Assembly: GCA_034718015.1 (NCBI GenBank)
Contig: JAYEMI010000058.1
Coordinates: forward strand, 10-64,009
Reading direction: 5' to 3'
Length of the DNA stretch: 64,000 bases
DNA from: Campylobacterota bacterium
GTDB lineage: Bacteria > Campylobacterota > Campylobacteria > Campylobacterales > Arcobacteraceae
This document shows, in pieces, positions 30,147 through 40,584 of the stretch; the first letter of the stretch is position 1; each line of letters starts with the position of its first letter. The notes beneath the pieces are model-generated. The model was not told the origin of the DNA, did no database searches, and saw only the letters and a list, made by a program, of their open reading frames with translations. The position numbers and the translations under genes were made by a program.

Positions 30147-31931
30147 TTAAATTAAGTAATTTTTATAATACCATCTGCAAAAATGCCATAATGCATAAAA
30201 ATGTTGTTTAAATCTATTTTGTTTTGCTTCGCTATAGATATATTTTATATATGTTTCATTAAATAGATCTGTTTGGTTATTTACTCTTAATATATCTTCT
30301 AGCAACTTATCACTATATTCATCAAAAAGCCACTCGTTAAAAGGACTATTAAAACCTTTCTTTTGTCTAGTTATTATCTCTTTTGGTATATGTTTCAGAG
30401 CAATTTTCTTTAGAAGGTATTTATTTGTATCTCCTACTTTTAAACTGCTATCTATAGAAAAAACAGTATCAACAAGTCTAAAATCTAAAAAAGGATTTCT
30501 TGTTTCAACAGAGTTTGCCATAGAAATCTTATCAACTTTACTCAATAATGCTTCACCTAGCCATATCTCCATATCTATGAAGCTCATCCAATCTACTGGG
30601 TCTTTTTTGGGATTTTGTGTTTTAAAGGTGGCTACTTTTTTAAGAAGTCTTTTCCTTTGAGTATCTGTATAAATTTCACCAAAACTATTATATATATTTT
30701 GCTTTTTTACTACTCTTTTTAAGTATTCAGATTCTTTAGTATTTGTCTGTAAGGCTCCTACTATACTATCTAAAAATTCGTTTTGTTCGCCACTTAAAGA
30801 ATCTTGAAATTTATAATAGTTTAAAAACTTTGCATAGTTATCATAACCCAAAAATAGTTCATCACTACCCTCGCCACTTAAGACAGTTTTTATCCCTTGA
30901 GTTTTTATCTCTTTAGTTAGGTGATAAAGTGGAATTGCTGCTGGGTCTGCATGCGGTTCTTCAAGAGATTCAAGAACATCTTCTAGGGAGTCTATAAAAT
31001 CTTTTTGACCTATCTCTAAACTTGTATGATTACTACCTATATTTTTTGCCACCAAAGATGCATATGGTAGTTCACTATATTTTTTATGTGTTTTATATCC
31101 AACACTAAAAGTATTAATAGGATGATTTGATATTTTACTATAAAGTGTAGAGATTAAACTACTGTCTATCCCTCCACTTAATAGTGTACCAACCTCTACA
31201 TCACTTTTTAGTCTTTGTTCTACACTATTATATAAAATATCTTCTATTTTTTTTAAAGCAATTGGTTCATCATGTATTGATTTGTATGTTTTAATTTTAT
31301 AATATTTTTTGATTGTAAACTTACCATTTTCATACAATATATAACTAGCTTTTGGTAGTTTTAAAATATCTGTATAAAATGTATTTGGTTCAAGTGGTGT
31401 GAAGTATTGTAAATACTGTGAAAGTGCTACTTTGTTTAGTTTTGGAGTCTGTCCTAAAAGCTTGATAATTGGTTTTATCATACTTGCAAATATAAACTTA
31501 TTCTCTTTAAAAAAGTAAAAAAATGGCTTTTTCCCATATCTATCCCGAGAGCAAAAGTATCTATCTCTTTTAATATCATAGATACAAAAACTAAATGCAC
31601 CATTTAACATATTTAAAAACTCTGTATCATATTTTTGATAAAGTCTTATAAGTATCTCTGTATCGCTTGTTGTTTTACATTTTAAATTTTCACTTATTAT
31701 TAACTCATCGTAGTTATAAATTTCTCCATTAAAAACTATTAGAATATCATCAACAATCATAGGTTGATTTGCTTCATCATTTAGGTCTATAATACTAAGT
31801 CTAGTATGTCCGAAGTAATTATTATTTATTCTTTTAACATCACAAAAATCTGGACCACGATTTTCCATAATATTAGTTATTTGATCAAAATTAACACCAA
31901 AATCAAAATTTGTTCCAACTATTCCACACAT
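30147..31931 (-). CDS. asnB: Asparagine synthase (glutamine-hydrolysing) family amidotransferase
   Basis: MCGI N-terminus, RGPD, GHTRLSIID, NGEIYN, LSGGIDSS, SGEGSDE, ETRNPFLD. Confidence 0.88.
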   Translation of the reverse strand: MCGIVGTNFDFGVNFDQITNIMENRGPDFCDVKRINNNYFGHTRLSIIDLNDEANQPMIVDDILIVFNGEIYNYDELIISENLKCKTTSDTEILIRLYQKYDTEFLNMLNGAFSFCIYDIKRDRYFCSRDRYGKKPFFYFFKENKFIFASMIKPIIKLLGQTPKLNKVALSQYLQYFTPLEPNTFYTDILKLPKASYILYENGKFTIKKYYKIKTYKSIHDEPIALKKIEDILYNSVEQRLKSDVEVGTLLSGGIDSSLISTLYSKISNHPINTFSVGYKTHKKYSELPYASLVAKNIGSNHTSLEIGQKDFIDSLEDVLESLEEPHADPAAIPLYHLTKEIKTQGIKTVLSGEGSDELFLGYDNYAKFLNYYKFQDSLSGEQNEFLDSIVGALQTNTKESEYLKRVVKKQNIYNSFGEIYTDTQRKRLLKKVATFKTQNPKKDPVDWMSFIDMEIWLGEALLSKVDKISMANSVETRNPFLDFRLVDTVFSIDSSLKVGDTNKYLLKKIALKHIPKEIITRQKKGFNSPFNEWLFDEYSDKLLEDILRVNNQTDLFNETYIKYIYSEAKQNRFKQHFYALWHFCRWYYKNYLI

Positions 31932-31937
31932 CTCAAC

Positions 31938-32849
31938 CTACCCAAAAAGATATTTTATTGCTTCTAAATCAAAATAAGCAAGAATTAAAAACAAAGAAGT
32001 ACTTACAAGTACAACAGCAGTTACCTCATATGGTTTACACTTATAAAGTGCAGCTATATTTACATTGTTCACAGCAAGTGGTACAAGAAGTGAAACCATA
32101 AGTATAGAAGCTAACTCATTTGGTAATGATGAAAATAAAATAACAATCAATCCTATGAATGGTACAAAGATTAGTTTTGCAAAACTAACACTAAGACTAA
32201 GTTTGTAGTTGTGTGATTTTATAGGGGCTTTTGCTAGATAAACACCAAATATAATAAGTTGTAATACTATAGTTGCATATGCACCCATCTCTAATATCTG
32301 ATTTATTTGAGAATGTATAGGAAGTTCATAATAGTTGTAAATAAGTGCAAGAATAGCAAACCAAATAATTGGAATTTTTACCATTTGAAGTAGTGAATCT
32401 TTAAAACTATAAGCACTTTTTGCAAAAAAGTATATCCCAACTGTGTAGATAAAAAAGATATTTGCAATATTTATTATACTTGTATAAGGAACACTACTCT
32501 CACCAAATAAAGCAATACCTAAAGGGATACCTAGATTTCCCGTGTTACCAATTAGCGATGCCGCTATAAATATTGATTTGTCTTGCTCATCATCAAATAA
32601 AAATCTACTAATCAAAACTAGCACTATCAAAGAAAATGTAATAATTATAAAATATAAAAATGGTGTAAAAATAAGGTTAAAATCAATAGGTGCTCTTGTC
32701 AAACCCCAAAAAGTAAGCATAGGTTGTAAAAAATAGATAGATATTAAAATAAGAGTTTTTTCATCTATTTGTTCTTTGTAAATCTTTTTTGCAATATATC
32801 CCATAAGGATAAAAATGTATATAGATGTAACTGCTAATAGTGTTGACAA
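31938..32849 (-). CDS. AEC (auxin efflux carrier/malate permease) family transporter
   Basis: About 10 TMs, GNTGNLGIPL motif, KLIFVP. Confidence 0.85.
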   Translation of the reverse strand: MSTLLAVTSIYIFILMGYIAKKIYKEQIDEKTLILISIYFLQPMLTFWGLTRAPIDFNLIFTPFLYFIIITFSLIVLVLISRFLFDDEQDKSIFIAASLIGNTGNLGIPLGIALFGESSVPYTSIINIANIFFIYTVGIYFFAKSAYSFKDSLLQMVKIPIIWFAILALIYNYYELPIHSQINQILEMGAYATIVLQLIIFGVYLAKAPIKSHNYKLSLSVSFAKLIFVPFIGLIVILFSSLPNELASILMVSLLVPLAVNNVNIAALYKCKPYEVTAVVLVSTSLFLILAYFDLEAIKYLFG

Positions 32850-32903
32850 ATATGTTCCTTTTTATAATTGACTTCTAATAAAAATAATAATATCATCTTT
32901 TTT

Positions 32904-34232
32904 ATGAGAATAAATAGAAATATAACACAAAATTGGGCAAAAACATATAAGTCAAATGCAAAAGAGATAATATATCCTAAAAACGAGGATGAGATTATTC
33001 ATATTGTTAAGTATTGTAATGAAAATAAAAGAAAATTAAGAGTAGTTGGTGGAGGGGATAGCTATAATGATATATACTGTCCAAATGAAAATGGTATCTT
33101 AATAAGTTTAGAAAAATTTTCAAAACTTTTAAGTATAGATGAAAAAAACCATACAGCTACATTTCAAGGTGGTATGATGATGCCTGATTTAATTAAACAG
33201 TTAAAACAATATAATCTTGATATATCAAACTTAGGAACAAATATCTTTGATTGTGTTGCTGGATCATGTTCCACAGGATACCATGGAAGTGGAATAAATT
33301 ATAAAATATTTAGCTCGTTTGTAAAACAATTTGAATTAATAACTCCAACTGGTGAGAAAAAGATTGTAAACAGCAGTAGCGAAGAGTTTGATATATATGC
33401 TGTAGGGCTTGGAGTATTGGGGGTTATTACAAAAATAACTCTACAATGCGAGCCATCTTTTAATCTAGAGGTGATAGAGAAAAAGATGAGTTTAGATGAG
33501 ATTGAAAAGAACTTTGAAACACTATTAAATGAAAATGACCATTTTAAATTTATATGGGTACCGCATACTGATGAGTTTATGGTGTGGTTAGGAAATAGAA
33601 CTGCAAAAGATGAGTCAAGTATATTTAAAAAGTTTATGACATATTTTGTTTATGGAGTAGTTATAAATAACTTTTTTCATGAATTTTTACTCTATATTGC
33701 ATCATTTAAAAGGTCATTAGTGCCTAAAATAAATCGTTTAATGTCAAAGATTTTAATTCCAAAAGAGAACAAAAGTGTATGGAGATCATATTGGGGATTT
33801 TTCTTACCACATCTTTTAAAACAAGATGTGGTTGAATACGCTTTTGATATTAAAGATACTTTTAAAGTATTTAAAGAGGTTATAGAAACTATCAAAGAGA
33901 AAAATATATATGTAGATACTCCAGTTGAGGTAAGGTTTGTACAAAAAGATAGCTATTGGATGAGTCCAACAGGAGATACAAATAGCTGTTGGATAGGTAC
34001 AAAGATACATTTTCCATATGGTAAAAAACCAGAATATTTAGAGTATTTTACTACAATAGATAATATACTTTTAAAGTATAATGGAAGACCTCATTGGGGA
34101 AAACAGTTTAGAATAAAAACAGAAGATTTCAAAAAATCATATCCTAAATGGGACCAGTTTTGGGAGTTTGCGAATAAGCAAGATCCAAATAAAATCTTAC
34201 AAAATGATTTTATAAAAAGATTAAAAGGATAA
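32904..34232 (+). CDS. FAD-linked oxidoreductase, aldonolactone oxidase (ALO/GULO) family
   Basis: NWA..Y, P..EDEI, STGYHGSG, GLGVLGVITKITL, EVRF, C-terminal GRPHWGK; first ATG at 32904. Confidence 0.85.
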   Translation: MRINRNITQNWAKTYKSNAKEIIYPKNEDEIIHIVKYCNENKRKLRVVGGGDSYNDIYCPNENGILISLEKFSKLLSIDEKNHTATFQGGMMMPDLIKQLKQYNLDISNLGTNIFDCVAGSCSTGYHGSGINYKIFSSFVKQFELITPTGEKKIVNSSSEEFDIYAVGLGVLGVITKITLQCEPSFNLEVIEKKMSLDEIEKNFETLLNENDHFKFIWVPHTDEFMVWLGNRTAKDESSIFKKFMTYFVYGVVINNFFHEFLLYIASFKRSLVPKINRLMSKILIPKENKSVWRSYWGFFLPHLLKQDVVEYAFDIKDTFKVFKEVIETIKEKNIYVDTPVEVRFVQKDSYWMSPTGDTNSCWIGTKIHFPYGKKPEYLEYFTTIDNILLKYNGRPHWGKQFRIKTEDFKKSYPKWDQFWEFANKQDPNKILQNDFIKRLKG

Positions 34233-34507
34233 AGCTATTTAATCATTTTTTTAATCTCAATAAAGCTATGTTTTGCTGTTGAGATATTTGAAGATGATTT
34301 TGGTATAATATTTCTTATATAAAAAGTCCTTTACTAAGTTATAGGTTATAATATTTATAGAATTGAAAATGACTTTTTAAAACTTAAGTTATGAGTTTTT
34401 GTAAATTTATACCAAATTAAATTATAACTAGCACTTAAGTAGTTAGTTCTACTTTGATTTGGTATTACAAGTGGCTCTTAAGCATAAAAATAAAAAAGAG
34501 AAATAAT

Positions 34508-35821
34508 ATGAAAACACTACATTTAGTAAGCCTTGGATGTACAAAAAACTTAATAGATAGCGAAGTTATGTTAGGTAGATTAAAAGAGTACACTATAACC
34601 GATGATTCTACAACAGCAGATTTAATAATTGTAAATACTTGTGGATTTATTCAAAGTGCAAAAGAGGAGAGTTTAAATACTATTTTTAGCCTTGATGAAA
34701 CAAGAAAAGAGAGTTCAGTTTTAGTGATGGCTGGATGTTTGAGTGAACGATATAAAGAGGATTTGCAAGAGGGTCTAAAAAATGAGGTTGACATTTTCAC
34801 TGGTGTTGGAGATTATGATATTATAGACCAACTAGTGCAAGAGAAACGAAATCAATTTAGTCCTAAAGTATTTTTAGCAACCCAAAAAAATATAAGAGTA
34901 GTAACAGGCTCAACATACCATTCTTATATAAAACTAAGTGAGGGTTGTAATCAGCTTTGCTCTTTTTGTGCAATACCATCTTTTAAAGGAAAGCTAAATA
35001 GTAGAGGTTTAGAGTCTGTAAAAGAGGAGATTGAAAGTTTAGTATCTCAAGGTTTTTATGACTTCTCTTTTGTATCTCAAGATAGCAGTTCGTATTTAAG
35101 AGATCATGGCACAAATGATGGACTAGAGCAACTAATAGAGATGGTTGATAGCATAGATGGTGTAAAAAGTGCAAGGATACTTTATCTTTACCCATCAACA
35201 ACTACAATCAAACTTATTGAAAAAATATCAAATTCAAAACTGTTTCATACCTATTATGATATGCCATTACAGCATATCACACAAAATATGTTAAAAATCA
35301 TGAAGCGTGGAAAAGGTAGTGAAAAAATAAAAGAGTTGATGGATCACATGAAAAAGATGCCAAATAGTTTTATAAGATCAACTTTTATTGTTGGACATCC
35401 AGGTGAGAGTGTAGATGATTTTAATGCATTATGCTCTTATATAAAAGAGTATAGATTTCATAGAGTAAATGTATTTTCATATAGTGATGAAGATGGTACA
35501 AGTGCATATGATTTAGAAGATAAAATCCCACAAGATATTATAGATCATAGAGCAGAAGTGTTAGGAAATATAATAGAAGATATAACAATCCAAAAATTAA
35601 AAGAGGATATAGGTAAAGAGTTTGAGATCGTAATAGATGGACAAAGTAGTGAACATGAGTATCTGCTTAGTGCTAGAAAATTATCTTGGGCACCTGAAGT
35701 TGATGGGGAGATATATGTAAATGATAGTGAAATACAAGGTGAACTAGAAGTTGGAAAAATATACAAAGCAAAAGCTACGGAACTCAGTGGAAATATTTTA
35801 TTAGCAACAGTAATAAGCTAA
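34508..35821 (+). CDS. rimO: Ribosomal protein S12 methylthiotransferase
   Basis: SLGCTKNLIDSE, NTCGFI, EGCNQLCSFCAIP, APEVDG TRAM domain; start placed at 34508. Confidence 0.95.
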   Translation: MKTLHLVSLGCTKNLIDSEVMLGRLKEYTITDDSTTADLIIVNTCGFIQSAKEESLNTIFSLDETRKESSVLVMAGCLSERYKEDLQEGLKNEVDIFTGVGDYDIIDQLVQEKRNQFSPKVFLATQKNIRVVTGSTYHSYIKLSEGCNQLCSFCAIPSFKGKLNSRGLESVKEEIESLVSQGFYDFSFVSQDSSSYLRDHGTNDGLEQLIEMVDSIDGVKSARILYLYPSTTTIKLIEKISNSKLFHTYYDMPLQHITQNMLKIMKRGKGSEKIKELMDHMKKMPNSFIRSTFIVGHPGESVDDFNALCSYIKEYRFHRVNVFSYSDEDGTSAYDLEDKIPQDIIDHRAEVLGNIIEDITIQKLKEDIGKEFEIVIDGQSSEHEYLLSARKLSWAPEVDGEIYVNDSEIQGELEVGKIYKAKATELSGNILLATVIS

Positions 35822-35839
35822 ATATTATAGAATTATATA

Positions 35840-36166
35840 ATGCAAAACATAATTAAATTTAAAGATTTAGTAGAGTCAAATCATTTTATAGAAGCCCATG
35901 AAGTTTTAGAAGATGATTGGCTAAAGTTTAAGAAAGCTGGTGAATTAGATAAGGCAAAACTATACAAAGGTCTTATAAATGGGGCTACTAGTATAGCTTT
36001 ATACAAAATGAATAGAAGTAAAAGAGCAGTTGATATCACTTGGGGAGCTTTTATTAAATATAAATCTTTGAGTAGTTTTATTGAAGAAGATAAAAAGAGA
36101 TATGTATTAGAGGCTATTAGCTTGATAGAATCAAAACAAAAAGAGATAATAAATCGGACTTTCTGA
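35840..36166 (+). CDS. DUF309 family protein
   Basis: FIEAHEVLEDDW...KGLI motif. Confidence 0.8.
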   Translation: MQNIIKFKDLVESNHFIEAHEVLEDDWLKFKKAGELDKAKLYKGLINGATSIALYKMNRSKRAVDITWGAFIKYKSLSSFIEEDKKRYVLEAISLIESKQKEIINRTF

Positions 36167-36232
36167 CCACTGGTCAATTTTATTTAGTATTAAGAAAAAT
36201 TATAATAATATACTTATTGTGACTAGTAGTCA
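36164..36232. promoter_or_regulatory. Two palindromic TetR-type operators TGACCA-C-TGGTCA (36164-36176) and TGACTA-G-TAGTCA (36220-36232)
   Basis: Two perfect 6-1-6 palindromes with a shared consensus, flanking a TATAAT box upstream of tetR. Confidence 0.8.
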
Positions 36233-36246
36233 AATAAGGAACTGTT

Positions 36247-36822
36247 ATGCCAAAAATTGTTGACAAGAGTCAAAAAAGAAAAAACATCGCAAAATCAACT
36301 TGTAGTTTGTTTATAGAGCAGGGTTTTGTAAATATATCTATAAGCCAAATAGCAAAAGTTGCAGGGATTGGCAAGGGTACTATATATGAGTATTTCAAAA
36401 ATAAAGAAGATATAGTACTTGAACTTATGGGTTGTTTACAAGAGGAATATGACCCTAAATTACAACATAATTTATCAAAAGAGATATCAGTAGAAAAGAA
36501 AGTTATATATCTTTTTGATATTTTTTTAAATGATGATGAGACTACTCAAGCACAAAGAAAAATATACAAAGAGTTTTTAGCAATATACTTAAACAATCCA
36601 ACAGATGAAATAATAGAATATCACAATCAATTAAAAGAAAAATACTTAACAATCCTTACAAATATACTTCAAGAATATATAACTAAAAAAGAGATAAAAA
36701 AAGAAGTTTTACTTTTTGTGCCAAGTTTGATAGCTACTGTTGAGGGTTTTTTTATAGCAAATGAGAAAAAAGAGTATATTGTAGAGTATATAAATAATCT
36801 TTTTAAACTTTTGAAAATATAA
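36247..36822 (+). CDS. TetR/AcrR family transcriptional regulator
   Basis: IAKVAGIGKGTIYEYFKNKEDI HTH. Confidence 0.93.
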   Translation: MPKIVDKSQKRKNIAKSTCSLFIEQGFVNISISQIAKVAGIGKGTIYEYFKNKEDIVLELMGCLQEEYDPKLQHNLSKEISVEKKVIYLFDIFLNDDETTQAQRKIYKEFLAIYLNNPTDEIIEYHNQLKEKYLTILTNILQEYITKKEIKKEVLLFVPSLIATVEGFFIANEKKEYIVEYINNLFKLLKI

Positions 36823-36835
36823 GGAGATATGTTAT

Positions 36836-38209
36836 ATGAAAAAGAAAATATTACTTTTGAGCTTACCGTTTTATCTATATGCTACTAGTATAGATTTTGA
36901 TCTATCTTTAGAAAAAACATTAAATAACAATAAAAGCTTAAAAGCAAAAGAGCAGGATATAAAAAAGTCACAGTTAGACCTAAAAGAGGCTAGTGGTTAT
37001 GATTATGGAAGTTTGATTTTTAATGAAAATATATCTGTTACAAATAATGCAGGATATGTTTTTGGTGCAAAACTAGCTTCAAGAGAAGCTACCTTTGGAG
37101 ATTTTGGTTTTGCTGAATTTGATATGACAGGAGCAACAAATCCACTACCAGTTGCACCAGAAGCATTAAATAATCCAGATAAAAGAAAAAACTATGAAAC
37201 AAAGCTTACTTATAAGTTACCAATCTTTACAGGCTATAAACTAAAAAATGCAAAAAAAATGGCAAAACTACAAATATTAGCACAGAAAGCAAAATATAAT
37301 TATGACCAAAAAGCTTTAGGGTTAGAGGTTTTAAAAGCTTATAATGGTGCTGTTGCATCAAAAGAGTTTATAAAAGCTACTTTAAAAGCAAAGGAAGCGA
37401 CAAACTCATTTAAAGAGTTTGCAAATGAACTCTATAAAGAGGGGCTTGTAACAAATATAGATGTAAAACAAGCAACAGTTTATGATATGGGGGTTGATAC
37501 TAAGATAATAGAAGCAAAAAATAGATTTGATTTGTCTATCTCATATTTAAGATTTTTAACTTCAGATGATACCATTACTGATGTAAAAGAGTTTAAAAAT
37601 ATAGATATAGATTCAAAAGTTTTAAGTAGTTTACAAAATCAAGCAAAAGATAATAGAGAAGACTTTAAATGGATGAGATACAATACAGATACTATGAGAG
37701 CAAAAATTGATTTTGAAAGTGCAGATCTATATCCAATGGTTGGAGCCCAAATAGAATATGGGTACAATGATAATAGTTTTACAATAGTAGATATTAATGA
37801 GCATGATTATTATATGGGTGCTATTGGTATATCATATACATTATTTGATGGTTCTATTAGTAAAATAAAAGAACAAAAAGCAAAAATAGAATATAAAAAA
37901 ACTTTAAATTATTTCGAGTATATGGAGGATGGTATAAAGCTTGAGGTTGAGAAAAACCTTTTAACTTTAAATGCAAAAGAGAAAATTTTAAATCAAAAAA
38001 TAAAAGCTCAGAATTTAGCAGATGAAGTTTTGGAACAATCATCACAAATGTATAAAAATCATTTGATAAATATGAGTAATTTACTTATGCAACAAGCATC
38101 ATCACAAAAAGCAAGTGCCGAAACAATTATGGCAAAATATGAGAAATCACTACAAGCAGCAACTTTAAAAATATCACTTGGTGAAACACTTCAAAGTAAG
38201 GATAAATAA
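36836..38209 (+). CDS. TolC-family outer membrane protein
   Basis: Signal peptide, LPIFTG, YKEGLV, YTLFDG repeats. Confidence 0.9.
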   Translation: MKKKILLLSLPFYLYATSIDFDLSLEKTLNNNKSLKAKEQDIKKSQLDLKEASGYDYGSLIFNENISVTNNAGYVFGAKLASREATFGDFGFAEFDMTGATNPLPVAPEALNNPDKRKNYETKLTYKLPIFTGYKLKNAKKMAKLQILAQKAKYNYDQKALGLEVLKAYNGAVASKEFIKATLKAKEATNSFKEFANELYKEGLVTNIDVKQATVYDMGVDTKIIEAKNRFDLSISYLRFLTSDDTITDVKEFKNIDIDSKVLSSLQNQAKDNREDFKWMRYNTDTMRAKIDFESADLYPMVGAQIEYGYNDNSFTIVDINEHDYYMGAIGISYTLFDGSISKIKEQKAKIEYKKTLNYFEYMEDGIKLEVEKNLLTLNAKEKILNQKIKAQNLADEVLEQSSQMYKNHLINMSNLLMQQASSQKASAETIMAKYEKSLQAATLKISLGETLQSKDK

Positions 38210-38964
38210 TGTTAAAAAAACTAGGACTAGCAATAGTATTAATGGTAAATATATCATTTGCAAAAACAATAGAGTTAAGTGCAACAGTAATTTCAGATAA
38301 TGAGAAATATCTTACAAGTAGATTTATGGGGTTTATTAAGTCTGTAAATGTAAATGAGGGTGATATAGTAAAGAAAGGTAAAGCTTTATACTCTATAGAT
38401 TCAACAGAGATAGACAGCAAAAAACAACAAGCACTATTGGGAGTTCAGATGTATGACAACCAATATCAGATTATGAAAAGAAACTACGAAAGATTTAAAA
38501 GACTTTTAGAAAAAGGGCTAGTTTCAAAATTTGAAGTTGAACAGTTGGAGTTGGGAACTAAAAATTTAGAAGATATGGTGAAAATAAGTAAATCTCAAGT
38601 AAAAGAGGTGGAAAATCAATATCAATACCTTACAATAAAAGCTCCAAATGATGGTGTAGTGATAAGAAAAAATATAAAAGCAGGGGAGATGGCAATACCT
38701 GGAATGCCTGCAATTATTTTATCTGATTTAAGTAGTCTGAAAATAAAAACTGAGGTTAGTGAAAAAGATCTGAAAAATATATCTATAGGGCAAAGTGCAA
38801 AAATAGAGATACCATCAATGGATATAAAAACAACAGGTAAAATTGAAGCAATAATACCAAGTTCAAATCCTATGACACATACATTTAGTATAAAGTTATC
38901 ATTTAAAAATACTAAAAATATCTATCCAGGTATGTATGCTAAAGTATTTATAGAAGTTAAATAA
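38209..38964 (+). CDS. RND periplasmic adaptor subunit
   Basis: GFIKSVNVNEGDIVKKG, IKAPNDGVV, YPGMYA. Confidence 0.9.
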   Translation: MLKKLGLAIVLMVNISFAKTIELSATVISDNEKYLTSRFMGFIKSVNVNEGDIVKKGKALYSIDSTEIDSKKQQALLGVQMYDNQYQIMKRNYERFKRLLEKGLVSKFEVEQLELGTKNLEDMVKISKSQVKEVENQYQYLTIKAPNDGVVIRKNIKAGEMAIPGMPAIILSDLSSLKIKTEVSEKDLKNISIGQSAKIEIPSMDIKTTGKIEAIIPSSNPMTHTFSIKLSFKNTKNIYPGMYAKVFIEVK

Positions 38965-38972
38965 GGTCTAAA

Positions 38973-40583
38973 ATGGATAATTTAAATGAAAAAAAATGCA
39001 AAAAAATAGAAAATGAGATAGAGGATATAGAGTATGAACTTCATGAAGAAAATATTGCAGGAAAATTAGCAAAAAGTTTTATAGAACATCCTCTTACACT
39101 TATTCTTGCAATATTTATAATTGTAGTTGGTTATATGGCTTTAAATCTAACTCCAAGAGAGGAAAACCCTCAGATAAAAGTAGCAGGTGGTGCAGTTATT
39201 GTACCTATGCCAGGAGCAAGTGCTGCTGAGATTCAAAAAGTTATTATAGAGCCATTGGAGAGAAAAATAAGAGGTATTAAGGGTGTTGAAAATATATTTT
39301 CAATATCTAAAGAATCTGTTGGAATCATACAAGTACAATATTTTATTGGTGAAGACAAAGCCCAATCTGATCTTAAACTATATGATCAAGTTATGAGAAA
39401 TATGGACCAAATGCCTCAAGGTGCTATGCAGCCCATTATAAAAACTATGGATATTGATACAGATATACCAGTAGCGACAATAGCTTTTTATAATAAAGAC
39501 AAAAGTATGAGTCAAACACAGTTATATCAAAAAATAAGTAAGTTGGGACATGAGATAAATAAAATTGAAGATGTTGCGGTTGTAGACTTAAAAGGGGAGA
39601 GAAAAGACCAATACAATGTTCAAGTTGATTTAGGAAAGTTATCTGGTTACCATCTATCTTTAGGACAGATTATGCAATCTATTCAAGGTCTCTCTTTTGA
39701 GCTACCTGATGCTAAAGGACGAACAAAATCAAATGAGATAGTTATGTTTGGAATCCAAAGTGCAATTGAAAGTGAGGATGATTTAAATAATATCTTGGTT
39801 GCAGTATATATGGGTAGTGCTATATACTTAAAAGATGTAGCAGTAGTAACTAAAAGTTATGATATACAAAATACAAAAAGTGCATATTTATATATGGATG
39901 AAAAAAACAGTGATGCTATAGAGCAAACCACACTAACAATATCTAAACTAAAAGGTGCGAATACTGTTGTTATAAATACTAAAATATTTGAATATCTAGA
40001 TAGTATAAAAGATGATTTAGAAAAAGAGAATATAGGCTATGTGATAACAAGAGATGATGGATACACAGCAAATCATGCAGTAAATGAACTTGTTTTTCAT
40101 CTGGTAATATCCATAGTAATTATTGCTATTTTACTTATCTTTACACTTGGATTTAAAGAAGCTATTATAGTTTCTCTTACGGTTCCTATGATTTTAGCAC
40201 TAACATTGTTTGTTGGATTTTTAATTGGAGAGACTATAAACCGTATCACTCTTTTTGCACTTTTACTCTCTCTTGGTCTTTTAGTGGATGCAGCTATTAT
40301 TGTAATTGAAAATATTCATAGGCATCTGCATAGTCATGATTCAAAAGATAAATGTTTGAAACAAATTGCAATTGAAGCAACAAATGAGATTGGAAACCCA
40401 ACAAATATAGCAACTTTAGCTATTGTGATGACATTTATTCCGATGTTTTTTGTTGGTGGTATGATGGGGCAATTTATGCACCCTTTACCTGTATTTGTAC
40501 CTATATCACTTATTATGTCGTTGATTGTTGCGTATATTTTTACTCCATATTTAGTAAAAAAACTTTTAAAGAAGGAGTACTAG
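38973..40583 (+). CDS. RND (AcrB-like) permease, N-terminal half
   Basis: PREENP, PGASA..I..PLE, GLLVDAAIIVIENI, FIPMFF; one TM+loop+5TM unit. Confidence 0.88.
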   Translation: MDNLNEKKCKKIENEIEDIEYELHEENIAGKLAKSFIEHPLTLILAIFIIVVGYMALNLTPREENPQIKVAGGAVIVPMPGASAAEIQKVIIEPLERKIRGIKGVENIFSISKESVGIIQVQYFIGEDKAQSDLKLYDQVMRNMDQMPQGAMQPIIKTMDIDTDIPVATIAFYNKDKSMSQTQLYQKISKLGHEINKIEDVAVVDLKGERKDQYNVQVDLGKLSGYHLSLGQIMQSIQGLSFELPDAKGRTKSNEIVMFGIQSAIESEDDLNNILVAVYMGSAIYLKDVAVVTKSYDIQNTKSAYLYMDEKNSDAIEQTTLTISKLKGANTVVINTKIFEYLDSIKDDLEKENIGYVITRDDGYTANHAVNELVFHLVISIVIIAILLIFTLGFKEAIIVSLTVPMILALTLFVGFLIGETINRITLFALLLSLGLLVDAAIIVIENIHRHLHSHDSKDKCLKQIAIEATNEIGNPTNIATLAIVMTFIPMFFVGGMMGQFMHPLPVFVPISLIMSLIVAYIFTPYLVKKLLKKEY

Positions 40584-40584
40584 T

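Noticed and set aside
34233-34507. 275-bp intergenic region as an RNA gene or riboswitch
   Set aside because: Only weak AT-rich hairpins; no tRNA or known riboswitch pattern recognisable by eye
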